36,481 nucleotides of DNA from Chloroflexota bacterium (GCA_040877645.1 JBBDNI010000007.1:1-36481); one strand, 5' to 3'; counted from the first letter of the stretch, positions 16,235-24,886 are shown. The notes: generated from the sequence alone by a model not told the origin. Numbers and translations are program-made.

Positions 16235-16271
16235 GCCGCCGATTGTAAGAGGGGCCCCGTATCATCGGTCT

Positions 16272-17021
16272 ATGAGCGATCGACCGCGGATCGTGGTCAC
16301 GCTGCACGGCCCTGAGCAGGCCGCGCGCGAGGAGCCGACCTGGGCCTCGTTCGACGGCTACCTCGACGCGGTGCGACGAGCGGGCGGAGATCCGGTTGCT
16401 CTCGATCCGACGGCGACCCAGGGTGAGCGCGCGGCGGCGCTGGCCACCATGGACGGCCTCCTCCTGCCGGGTGGCGCCGACCTTGACCCGGCCCTCTACG
16501 GGGAGGAGCCCCATCCGGCGGTGGCCGTGGAGGGAGCGCGCGACGACCTGGAGCTGGCGGCCTGGTCGGCCGCTCGAGCGCGCGGCGTCCCCATCTTCGG
16601 CGTGTGCCGCGGCTTCCAGGCGATCAACGTCTTCTCCGGTGGAACGCTGGTTCAGCACCTGGAGGGCCACGACAGCCCCACCCAAGCACCGAAGGCACAT
16701 CTGCTCCACCTCGACCCGGCCTCGCGGCTGGCGGCGATCCTGGGAGAGGCGGACCCCCTGCTTGGCACCGAGGTGAACAGCTACCACCACCAGGCGGTGC
16801 GGCCCGCCGACCTGGCTCCGGGGCTGGTGGCCTCCGGCATTGCGCCGCATGACGACGGTGAGCTGGTGGAGGCGCTCGAGGCGGCCGACGCCGCTGACTG
16901 GCTGCTGGGGGTCCAGTTCCACCCGGAGCGGCCCGAGTTCATCGGTCCCGAGTTCGCCCGCCTGTGGCGCGCCTTCGTCGACGCCGCGCGGGTCAGGTCA
17001 GGTCGACGAAGACGTTCTTGA
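16272..17021 (+). CDS. class-I glutamine amidotransferase-like gamma-glutamyl amide hydrolase (PuuD / peptidase C26-like)
   Basis: Catalytic-triad context GVCRGFQAINVF, YHHQAV, GVQFHPE. ATG 16272 (MSDRPRIVVTLHG); upstream codons of the tracked ORF overlap the Nudix gene. The 3' end overlaps the convergent ALDH gene by 29 nt. Confidence 0.85.
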   Translation: MSDRPRIVVTLHGPEQAAREEPTWASFDGYLDAVRRAGGDPVALDPTATQGERAAALATMDGLLLPGGADLDPALYGEEPHPAVAVEGARDDLELAAWSAARARGVPIFGVCRGFQAINVFSGGTLVQHLEGHDSPTQAPKAHLLHLDPASRLAAILGEADPLLGTEVNSYHHQAVRPADLAPGLVASGIAPHDDGELVEALEAADAADWLLGVQFHPERPEFIGPEFARLWRAFVDAARVRSGRRRRS

Positions 17022-18465
17022 TCTCGGTGTACAGGTCCAGCGCGTGCATCCCCAGCTCCCGCCCCATGCCACTCATCTTGTAGCCGCCGAACGGCGCCTC
17101 GGTATGGACGCTGCTGTTGGTGTTGACCGACAGGACCCCCGCCTTCACCGCCTTGGCCACCCGCAGCGCCTTGCCGATGTCGCGGCTCCAGATCGAGCCG
17201 GAGAGCCCGTACGGCGTGTCGTTGGCCTGGCGGATCGCATCGGCCTCGTCGGTGAAGGGGATGATCGCCACCACCGGGCCGAAGATCTCCTCGCGGACGA
17301 TGCGCATGTCGGTGCGGCAGCCATCGAAGATGGTTGGCATCAGGTAGGCGCCGGCGTCGAATGGGTCGCCGCTCGGCGCCTCGCCGCCGTACACCAGCTC
17401 TGCCCCCTCTTCCCGTCCGATCCCGATGTAGTCGATCACCCGCTCGCGCTGCCGCTGGCTGACCAGGCTGCCCATCTCGGTCTTGTCGTTCGCCGGATCG
17501 CCGACCACGACCTTGCGCGTCGCCTCGGTGAAGAGCTCGACCACCTCGTCGTGGACCGAGTCCTGCACGAAGATTCGGCTCCGGGCGCAGCAGTCCTGGC
17601 CGGCGTTGTCGAAGACCGCGTACGGCGACTCGGCCGCGAAGCGCTCGAGGTCCGCATCGGCGAAGACGATGTTCGGGCTCTTCCCGCCCAGCTCGAGGCT
17701 CACCTTCTTCACGTTGCCGGCGGCCAGCCGCATGATCTCTTGACCGGTCGTCGTCTCGCCGGTGAAGGCCACCTTGCCGACGCCTGCGTGCCCTGCCAGC
17801 GCCGCGCCGGCCGTGCCGCCCGGTCCGGTAATGACGTTCACCACGCCGGGCGGGAAGCCGGCCTCCAGGGCCAGCTCGCCGAGGCGAATCGCGGTCAGCG
17901 GCGTGTAGCTTGCCGGCTTGAGGACGGCCGTGTTGCCGGCCGCCAGGGCGGGGCCGAGCTTCCAGCTGGCCATGTTCATCGGGAAGTTCCACGGCACGAT
18001 CAGCCCGACCACGCCGATCGGCTCGCGGAGCGTGAAATCGAGCCCCGGTTTGGAGACGGGGATCGTTTCGCCGAAGACCTTGTTGGCGGCGCCGGCGTAG
18101 TACTCGAAGACGAGGCTCACCGCCAGTGCCTCGCCGCGGGCGCCGGAGATCGGCTTGCCGACGTTGCGGCTCTCCAGCTGGGCGAGCTCCTCGAGGTTCT
18201 GCTTGATCAGGTTCGAGTATTTCTGCAGCGTACGTCCGCGCTTGGCCGCCGACCAGGTCGACCACGGGCCCTCGCACGCGGCCTGTGCAGCGGCAACGGC
18301 GCGGTCGACGTCTTCCTTGCCGCCGAGCGGGGCGCGGGCCAGCAGCTCGCCAGTGGCCGGGTTGATCACGTCGAAGGTCTGGCCGTCGGCGGCGTCCACC
18401 TGCTCGCCACCGATGATCATCTTCACGTTGCTGACGGCAGGCTGCGCGCTGGTCTCGGTGGTCAT
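16993..18465 (-). CDS. NAD(P)-dependent aldehyde dehydrogenase (betaine-/gamma-glutamyl-aminoaldehyde dehydrogenase-like)
   Basis: [26 protein letters not shown], full length 490 aa. ATG 18465 lies 9 nt after the upstream gene's stop. Confidence 0.95.
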   Translation of the reverse strand: MTTETSAQPAVSNVKMIIGGEQVDAADGQTFDVINPATGELLARAPLGGKEDVDRAVAAAQAACEGPWSTWSAAKRGRTLQKYSNLIKQNLEELAQLESRNVGKPISGARGEALAVSLVFEYYAGAANKVFGETIPVSKPGLDFTLREPIGVVGLIVPWNFPMNMASWKLGPALAAGNTAVLKPASYTPLTAIRLGELALEAGFPPGVVNVITGPGGTAGAALAGHAGVGKVAFTGETTTGQEIMRLAAGNVKKVSLELGGKSPNIVFADADLERFAAESPYAVFDNAGQDCCARSRIFVQDSVHDEVVELFTEATRKVVVGDPANDKTEMGSLVSQRQRERVIDYIGIGREEGAELVYGGEAPSGDPFDAGAYLMPTIFDGCRTDMRIVREEIFGPVVAIIPFTDEADAIRQANDTPYGLSGSIWSRDIGKALRVAKAVKAGVLSVNTNSSVHTEAPFGGYKMSGMGRELGMHALDLYTEIKNVFVDLT

Positions 18466-18474
18466 GGCGTGATT

Positions 18475-19866
18475 CTAGGGTGCCGGCTCGCCGGTCACAT
18501 ACAGCGGGATGAGCGTCCGCAGGATTGCGGTCGGGATCGGTTCAGTTGTGAACAGGCCGGGATGCCCGGGGGTGCGCGCGGCGAGGAAGGAGCGGTACCA
18601 CTCGGTCTCCCTGAGGTCCAGGCTATAGCGAGCTCCGTGGTCGCTGAAGAGCACGACCACTGCCTCCGGATCACGGTCCACGATCTCGTCGACCATCGCC
18701 AGCAGCTTTTGGTTCAGCGTGGCGAGGTCGCCCTCCATCGCGGCCGAATACTCGGCGAGGGTCATCCCCATCGTCTCGATCTGGGCGGCGAAGATGTTCA
18801 CCCCCGGCCAGTAGGAGGGAATGGGCATCGGGTCACCGTCGGCGTCCCACAGGAATGGCGTATGCGGCTGGAACAGGTGCGCCAGGACGAGCCGATGGGC
18901 GTCGGGGTCGACCAGCGAGACGAGGCTCTCCACGCTCCCCTCGAAGTGGGCGCGGAGCGAATCGGTCAGCAGGCTTGGCAGCAGCGCTTTGACGATCGGT
19001 CCCGCGAGCGACTCCGCCAGCATGTTGTCCTCGAACGTGTTGACGCCACCGTGCTGGATGTGCGTTCCGGCGGAGAAGGTGACGTGGCCCGCCGGCGAAT
19101 CGATGACGTCCCACTCGTAGCCGGCCGCCTGGGCCTGGCGCGGCAGCTCGGCATCGGAGAGCGCCTGACGCACCTGCCATTGGATCTCGCTGGCGGGGGC
19201 GGTGTCGTCAGGCACCCCATCGGTGCTGCCGGTGAGGAGCGTCATCAGCGTCAGGTCCGTGTAGCGCCGATCGGTATGGGCGTCGTCGTACACGTCGAAG
19301 CCCCGCTCAGCCAGCGCCTCCTCGAACGGGGCATTGTCGATCCCCATGTCGTTCAGCAGCGTGTCGCTGCGGGGGTAGCCGTCGAGCAGCACGATGTAGA
19401 TGTTCGGACCCGTGGCGGCCTGCGTGGCGGTCACGGGCGCAACGGCGCCCTCGGCGATCAGGAACGCACGGACCACCCCCGACACGAAGAAGACGAGCAC
19501 GAAGGCAACCGTTGCTGTCGATGCTGAGCGCGGCACGAGGGGCATGGGTCGGACGAAACGCCTGACCACTACCACGAGCACCACCCAGGCGACGGCCGCG
19601 GCGAGGGCCTCAGGCCAATGTCGCGTGAAGGTCGCCCAGAAGCAGATCAGGCCGGCTGCCGCGCCGGCTGCCAGCGGAGCGTGCGACCGCGCGAGCCAGG
19701 CTGCCGCGAGACCGATCAGCAGGGCGAGCGGGATGATGAGCAGGAGAGGGCGGTAGAGGTAGAAGGTGGGAAACGCAGAGTTCGCGAACCTGCCCAGGAT
19801 GTACCCCGCAATGGCCAGGTAGGCGACCCCGACAGCCAGGAGCGCTCGTCGCCAGCCTTCGGTCAC
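18475..19866 (-). CDS. membrane-anchored alkaline-phosphatase-superfamily (sulfatase / LTA-synthase / phosphoethanolamine-transferase-like) protein
   Basis: About 4-5 N-terminal TM helices, then a soluble domain with IYIVLLDGYPR and VVVLFSDHGARY motifs. GTG 19866 is the first start after an in-frame TAG. Confidence 0.75.
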   Translation of the reverse strand: MTEGWRRALLAVGVAYLAIAGYILGRFANSAFPTFYLYRPLLLIIPLALLIGLAAAWLARSHAPLAAGAAAGLICFWATFTRHWPEALAAAVAWVVLVVVVRRFVRPMPLVPRSASTATVAFVLVFFVSGVVRAFLIAEGAVAPVTATQAATGPNIYIVLLDGYPRSDTLLNDMGIDNAPFEEALAERGFDVYDDAHTDRRYTDLTLMTLLTGSTDGVPDDTAPASEIQWQVRQALSDAELPRQAQAAGYEWDVIDSPAGHVTFSAGTHIQHGGVNTFEDNMLAESLAGPIVKALLPSLLTDSLRAHFEGSVESLVSLVDPDAHRLVLAHLFQPHTPFLWDADGDPMPIPSYWPGVNIFAAQIETMGMTLAEYSAAMEGDLATLNQKLLAMVDEIVDRDPEAVVVLFSDHGARYSLDLRETEWYRSFLAARTPGHPGLFTTEPIPTAILRTLIPLYVTGEPAP

Positions 19867-19917
19867 CGAGCGATGCTAGAGCCTCACGGCCATTCCGTGC
19901 GCGCTCGCGCGATTCCC

Positions 19918-20688
19918 TCAGGCGCAGGCGATCGGTGGGTCGCTGCGCGGCCACAGCTCGACGCGGTCGGGACCCACCACGTAGACGGCCCGGCCGTCAG
20001 GCACGAACCACAGCTCGAGGTCGCCGCTCCGATAGCCGCTCGCCGTCGCGTCGTCGGGGAGCGCCGCATCGCCGTTGTACGGCTCGTGCAGCGTGCCGCG
20101 CGGCATGATGCCCAGCGGGTCACCGATGTACTGGCGCACCTCGGGTCTGTCAGCAATGTGCAGCAGGCGGGCCTGCTGCCAGCCGCAGTGCTCGGCACCG
20201 GGAAAGTCGCGCAGGATCAGCCCGGCGTCATCGGTCCATACCCGGTCGCCGGTGGCGAAGACAGCAGTGGCCCCGAACTCGGCCCCGGGGCAGGCGCGCA
20301 GCTCGTCGAGCGTGAAGACGCCCTCGCCGGGGATCGTGTGGGCCGTCGAGAAGACGGCCACCACCTTGATCCTGTCCGCGTTGCGATACACGAAGGTGGC
20401 GCGATCGGCGGCCACCGCGAACGGCTCCCAGTTGTTGATCGGCACCACGAAGGCGGGAGCCTTGAGCCAGCTGGCGAGCGCCGCCGCCGGCGAGTCACCG
20501 AGGCTGACGATTCCGAACGGACCGATGCCGCCCATCTCCGACGGAGCGCCATCGCAGTCGAGCAGGTCGAGCGGCGCGGGGATCAGGCTCGCCTCGGAGC
20601 TCGCGTCCTGGCTCGGCGACTGATCGACCGCTGCGCAGGCGCTGACCACGAGCAGGCAAGCCAGCATGAGGGGTCGGGGTGGACGCAT
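19918..20688 (-). CDS. putative lipoprotein of unknown function
   Basis: Signal peptide with lipobox: MRPPRPLMLACLLVVSAC-AAV. Good GC3 bias. Lies 20 nt downstream of the SDR gene. No family recognised. Confidence 0.7.
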   Translation of the reverse strand: MRPPRPLMLACLLVVSACAAVDQSPSQDASSEASLIPAPLDLLDCDGAPSEMGGIGPFGIVSLGDSPAAALASWLKAPAFVVPINNWEPFAVAADRATFVYRNADRIKVVAVFSTAHTIPGEGVFTLDELRACPGAEFGATAVFATGDRVWTDDAGLILRDFPGAEHCGWQQARLLHIADRPEVRQYIGDPLGIMPRGTLHEPYNGDAALPDDATASGYRSGDLELWFVPDGRAVYVVGPDRVELWPRSDPPIACA

Positions 20689-20708
20689 ATGCGCCAGACG
20701 CCGTGATC

Positions 20709-21476
20709 CTAGAAGTAGTTCACGCTGATGCCGCCGTCAATCACGAAGTGCGCGCCGTTGGTCCAACGTGACTCGTCCGAGGCGAGGTAGAGCGCCGCGT
20801 TGACGATCTCCTCAGGTTTGCCGAAGCGCCCGGTCGGGTTCCGCGCGAGGCGGAGCTGTTTGGCCGCCTCGTCCTTCAGCAGCCAGTCCATCAGCAGGGG
20901 AGTCTCGATCGGTCCGGGGCAGATGGCGTTGCTGCGCACGCCGCGCGGCCCGAACTGGACCGCCAGCGAGCGGGTCAGCGACAGGACAGCGCCTTTCGAC
21001 GCGGTGTAGGCGTCCTGCGGCACGGAGCAGCCGAGCAGCGCGACGAACGAGCTGATGTTGATGACCGATCCGGAACCCTGGTCGAGCATGCGCGGGATGG
21101 CGTACTTGCAGCCCAGGAAGACGCCGCGCACGTTGACCGCCATCACCTTGTCCCAGGTGGCGACATCGGTGTCGATCACGGAATGGTCCGGCTCCGGCAT
21201 CACGCCGGCGTTGTTGTAGAGCACATCGACCCGGCCGTAGGTCGCCACCGCGTGGTCGACCATGCCCTTCGCATCGGCCTCCTGGCTGACGTCGGTGCGC
21301 ACGAAGGTCGCCTCGCCACCGGCCGTCGTCACGAGGTCGACCGTCTCGCCCCCGGCCCTCTCGTCGAATTCGGCGACCACCACCTTGGCGCCCTCGGCGG
21401 CGAACATCTGGGCCGCCACGCGGCCCATGCCGCTGCCGGCCCCCGTGATGATCGCGACCTTGCCCTCAAGTCTCAT
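20709..21476 (-). CDS. classical short-chain dehydrogenase/reductase (SDR)
   Basis: ITGAGSGMGR, NNAG, YTASKGAV. Its ATG overlaps the stop of the upstream gene (TGATG). Confidence 0.95.
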   Translation of the reverse strand: MRLEGKVAIITGAGSGMGRVAAQMFAAEGAKVVVAEFDERAGGETVDLVTTAGGEATFVRTDVSQEADAKGMVDHAVATYGRVDVLYNNAGVMPEPDHSVIDTDVATWDKVMAVNVRGVFLGCKYAIPRMLDQGSGSVINISSFVALLGCSVPQDAYTASKGAVLSLTRSLAVQFGPRGVRSNAICPGPIETPLLMDWLLKDEAAKQLRLARNPTGRFGKPEEIVNAALYLASDESRWTNGAHFVIDGGISVNYF

Positions 21477-22861
21477 CAGCCTCGCTCCAGGTATCGCTCG
21501 CGGTCCCAGGTATGGACGATGGCGTCGTACGTCTCCTGCTCGACGCGAGCCGCGTTGAGGTAATGCGCCACCACATTGGCGCCGAAGATGTCGGCCGCGG
21601 CCACGCTCGTCTCCAGCTCGCGGATCGCCTCGTGCAGCGCCCGCGGCATGCGGTCGCAGCCGGTCGCCACGTAGCCGTTGCCGACGTACTCGGCCGGCGG
21701 CTCGATCTCGCGCTCGATCCCCAGCAGCCCCGCCCCCACCACGGCGGCATAGGCGAGGTAGGAGTTCATGTCACCGCCCGGGAAGCGATTCTCGATGTGC
21801 AGCCCCGCCCCGTCGCCCACGATCCGGAAGCCGGTCGTCCGATTGTCCCGGCCCCAGACCACGTTGACCGGGGCCCACGACGCAACCGCGTAGCGCTTGT
21901 ACGAGTTCACGTTCCCGGCCCAGAAGACCGCCAGCTCGCGGGCATAGGCCATCATGCCGCCCAGGAAGTGCCCCATCGTCGTCGACATTCCGTAGGGCTC
22001 GGCCTTGGGATCGAACATGAGCGCCTTCCTGCCGGCCTTGTCCCACAGCGACATATGCAGGTGGCCGCTCGAGCCGGTCCACGTGTGATCCGGCTTGGCC
22101 ATGAAGGTCAGCCCGAACCCGTTGAGCCAGGCGATCTCCTTTGCGCCGTGCTTGAAGATGACCGATTGGTCGGCCATGTCCAGCACATCGGTGTAGTGGA
22201 TGTTCACCTCGTGCTGCCCGGGAGCGGCCTCGCCCTTGCTGAACTCGACCGGGATTCCGGCCTCGGTCATCAGGTTGCGCAGCCGGCCGTGGATCGGCTC
22301 GCCCTTGGTGGCCTGCAGGAGGTGGTAGTCCTCGTTGTAGTAGCCGAAGCGCTCGAGACCGACGTAGCCCTTCTTCCAGGCCTGCTCGTATGTATCGGTC
22401 AGCAGGTAGTACTCGAACTCCGAGCCGGCCATCACCCGGAAGCCCATCTTGGTTGCCTTCTCGACCACCCGCTTGAGCATCGTCCGCGGCGAGATGGCGA
22501 TCTCGTGGCCGTGGTGGTCGACCGTGTCGGACAGGACCAGGGCCGTCTTGTCGAGCCACGGGACGACGCGCACGGTGTCCCACAGAGGATCCGCGATCCA
22601 GTCGCCATAGCCGGTCTCCCAGTTCATCAGCTGGAAGCCGTCGGGCGTGTTCATCTCCATGTCCGTTCCGAGCAGGTAGGTGCAGAAGTGCGCCCCGTGG
22701 TCGATGGCGCCGTTCAGGAAGGCCTGCCCCTGGACCCGCTTGCCCATCAGCCGGCCCTGCATGTCGGTGAGCGCCACGATGAGCGTATCGATCTCTCCCG
22801 CGCGCACCTTCGTCTTCAGCTCGGCGAGCTTGGGGTGATCCTTGCGCAGGTCCTTGGCCAT
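21476..22861 (-). CDS. glutamine-synthetase-family gamma-glutamyl-amine ligase (PuuA / GlnA3-GlnA4-like)
   Basis: GS catalytic-domain motifs KGEAAPGQHEVN, GSSGHLHMSLW, NSYKRY. Start ATG 22861 (MAKDLRKDHPKLAEL); the 24 upstream tracked codons are Arg-rich. Confidence 0.9.
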   Translation of the reverse strand: MAKDLRKDHPKLAELKTKVRAGEIDTLIVALTDMQGRLMGKRVQGQAFLNGAIDHGAHFCTYLLGTDMEMNTPDGFQLMNWETGYGDWIADPLWDTVRVVPWLDKTALVLSDTVDHHGHEIAISPRTMLKRVVEKATKMGFRVMAGSEFEYYLLTDTYEQAWKKGYVGLERFGYYNEDYHLLQATKGEPIHGRLRNLMTEAGIPVEFSKGEAAPGQHEVNIHYTDVLDMADQSVIFKHGAKEIAWLNGFGLTFMAKPDHTWTGSSGHLHMSLWDKAGRKALMFDPKAEPYGMSTTMGHFLGGMMAYARELAVFWAGNVNSYKRYAVASWAPVNVVWGRDNRTTGFRIVGDGAGLHIENRFPGGDMNSYLAYAAVVGAGLLGIEREIEPPAEYVGNGYVATGCDRMPRALHEAIRELETSVAAADIFGANVVAHYLNAARVEQETYDAIVHTWDRERYLERG

Positions 22862-22893
22862 GTTCCGTTCTCGCCTTTCGTTGTTTACAGACC

Positions 22894-22926
22894 GATGAGC
22901 CGGCCGGGATGCCCGACCGGCCCATC
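22894..22926. other. intercistronic imperfect palindrome/stem-loop between permease and GS-like gene
   Basis: GATGAGCCGGCCGGG-atg-CCCGACCGGCCCATC: 13 of 15 positions pair, with a 3-nt loop. No U-tract follows. Confidence 0.5.
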
Positions 22927-22945
22927 GTTGCAATCTACAGGTTGG

Positions 22946-24640
22946 TTAGCCCGAGAACTTGGCGGCCTCCGAGTCGAACTCACGCTCGATCTCGGTCAGC
23001 TCCTCCTCGCGGCCCATGGCGTGCGGCCCCTTGAAGTTCCGTCGCGCCCACCCGAAGTAGTAGACGACCAGGAACAGGACGATGATCACCATGAACGGCC
23101 AGGAGATGTTGCCCGAGGTCGGGAACGAGAAGAGGATCATCAGCGCCACGATCCAGAGCAGCGCGACCACGGCGATTGGCCTCGACCACCTGCCTAGGCT
23201 CCACACCCGCTCGCTCTTCCACGCGTCGGTGGTCATGCCCAGGTAGATCGGGACGGCATAGGCGGCGTACAGGAAGATCGTGCTCACCGCGGTGACGATG
23301 ACCACCGCGATGCCACGGCCGACCCAGAATGCCAGGAAGGTCAGGATGAACGCGCCCACGACCATGCCAATGAGGGCATTCGCGGGCGTCCGATACCGAT
23401 GCGAGACCTTCTTCAGCCAGCCGGAGCCGGGCATTCCATCGTCCCGGCTGAAGGCGTACAGCATGCGGCCTGCCGACGCGACCGAGGAAAGGCCGCAGAA
23501 GCACATCGCCAACGCGATGCCGCCACCAAGGACCCCCGCCAGGCCGGCGTCGAGGTTCTCTCCCAGGATGAAGAGCACCGCTGCCCCGTCCCCAAAGTAG
23601 TACTGGCTGAAGGTAGCCGAGTCATCCAGCTGCCCGAAGAGCGGGCTGAGGTCCGGCAGGTGCGTGCCAAGCGCCAGCAAGAAGATGTAGCCGACCACTG
23701 CCGAGACCGCCACCGACAGGAAGATGCCCCACGCGCTCGACTTGCGGGCGCCGACGGTCTCCTCGGCGACGTGCGCCGACGCGTCGTAGCCGGTGTAGGT
23801 CCAGTTCGCCTGGAGCAGCGAAAACAGGAAGGCGAAGACGATCGGGTAGGCCACCGCCGGCCCGTACTTGAAGCTGAACAATGGGTTATCACTCCCGACC
23901 GGGAACGTGTTGTCCCACGAGCCGAGGGTGTCGAGTGGCTGGATCGCGAACAGGTCGAGCCCTGCATCGGCACCGGTTGACTTGGTGCCAAGGATGAAGA
24001 GCGAGCCGACGATCACCGCCACGAAGAAGATGTGCCACCACACGCTCACCTGGTTGAGGAGGGCGACCACCCGGATGCCGGCGATATTGAGCGCCAGTTC
24101 GATGGCAAGCAGCCCCGCCATGGTTACCAGCGCCCCGTTGAGGGCCGGTCCCTCGGCGCCGAACGCCGGATCGCCGAAGAAGATGGTGGTGTTCGAATAG
24201 GCACCGCCCGTGAGCGGCGTCAGGATGCTGGCATTCACGAACAGGGCGGCGGCGTAGTTGATGCCGGCAACGATCGCGAACTGGCCGATCAGGTTCAGCC
24301 ACGCGGTCCACCAGCCCCAGTTCTTGTTCTTCATCCTGCTGGCCCAGTAGTACAGGCCGCCCGCGGTGGGATAGGCAGATGCGACCTCGGCCATTGAGGC
24401 CGCAATGGCCAGCACGAAGACGGTGACCAGCGGCCAACCGATCAGGCTCGCCGCGGTCCCGGACCAGGCAAGTCCGTAGTCGTACAGGATGACCGCGCCG
24501 GTCAGGATCGAGATGATCGAGAAGCTGATCGCGAAGTTAGAGAAGCCGCCCATGCTGCGCAGCAGCTCCTGGGCGTAGCCGAGGCCGTGCAGGTCGCGAA
24601 CGTCCTGCCGGATGACCTCCTCGCGGGATGGTTGCGTCAT
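22946..24640 (-). CDS. APC-superfamily permease, amino acid/choline transporter (ACT)-like; first gene of the six-gene operon
   Basis: ATG 24640 is preceded by AGGAGGAGAGG with a 6-nt spacer. LGYAQELLRSMGGFSNFAISFSIIS and YPTAGGLYYW. About 12-14 TM helices. Confidence 0.9.
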   Translation of the reverse strand: MTQPSREEVIRQDVRDLHGLGYAQELLRSMGGFSNFAISFSIISILTGAVILYDYGLAWSGTAASLIGWPLVTVFVLAIAASMAEVASAYPTAGGLYYWASRMKNKNWGWWTAWLNLIGQFAIVAGINYAAALFVNASILTPLTGGAYSNTTIFFGDPAFGAEGPALNGALVTMAGLLAIELALNIAGIRVVALLNQVSVWWHIFFVAVIVGSLFILGTKSTGADAGLDLFAIQPLDTLGSWDNTFPVGSDNPLFSFKYGPAVAYPIVFAFLFSLLQANWTYTGYDASAHVAEETVGARKSSAWGIFLSVAVSAVVGYIFLLALGTHLPDLSPLFGQLDDSATFSQYYFGDGAAVLFILGENLDAGLAGVLGGGIALAMCFCGLSSVASAGRMLYAFSRDDGMPGSGWLKKVSHRYRTPANALIGMVVGAFILTFLAFWVGRGIAVVIVTAVSTIFLYAAYAVPIYLGMTTDAWKSERVWSLGRWSRPIAVVALLWIVALMILFSFPTSGNISWPFMVIIVLFLVVYYFGWARRNFKGPHAMGREEELTEIEREFDSEAAKFSG

Positions 24641-24787
24641 GTGGAACCTCTCCTCCTTGGACGAGATCGCGGGCGTGCAGGGCACGCGCTGCGCGGGCGA
24701 AGGTCAGGTCATGCGCGTGGCGAAGGACGGGCGTGAGTGGCTACGCCTCCTTCCTGATGCGGCTCGACGGGCGAGCCGCCACCCGCG

Positions 24788-24816
24788 ACTATAGCCACGC
24801 CGCGGGCCATCGGGAA
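24788..24816 (-). promoter_or_regulatory. candidate promoter TTCCCG-17 nt-TATAGT upstream of the permease operon
   Basis: Minus strand: -10 TATAGT (24793..24788) and a weak -35 TTCCCG (24816..24811). This would give a leader of about 140 nt. Confidence 0.3.
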
Positions 24817-24835
24817 GGGGCGATTTTCAAGCGAA

Positions 24836-24855
24836 GGCCGCCCGTCGAGGCGGCC
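24836..24855 (-). terminator. possible intrinsic terminator of the L25 gene
   Basis: Minus strand: GGCCGCC-tcgacg-GGCGGCC followed by TTCGCTTGAAAAT, 31 nt after the L25 stop. The U-tract is weak. Confidence 0.4.
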
Positions 24856-24886
24856 CTCGGTGGTGCGGGTGGGGAGGCGCGAGCGG

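Noticed and set aside
16235-16271. Leaderless promoter for the PuuD-like gene (TATCAT 6 nt before ATG 16272)
   Set aside because: No acceptable -35 lies at 16-18 nt spacing (TTGTAA is only 11 nt away). The 37-nt divergent gap is too short to judge by eye. It remains possible but unsupported.
16840-19527. 895-aa plus-strand ORF. Similar long ORFs: 33425..35494, 12637..14088, 21512..23197, 552..1979, 2982..4091, 4608..5654, 8517..9440 on plus; 751..1791, 7600..9039, 14040..15305, 15717..16922 (upstream part), 16781..18277, 21771..22925, 26755..27867, 27875..29162 on minus.
   Set aside because: All are antisense or out of frame to genes with clear family motifs. They are Arg/Gly/Pro/His/Ala-rich and have no recognisable domains or RBS. 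These are classic shadow ORFs of high-GC coding DNA.
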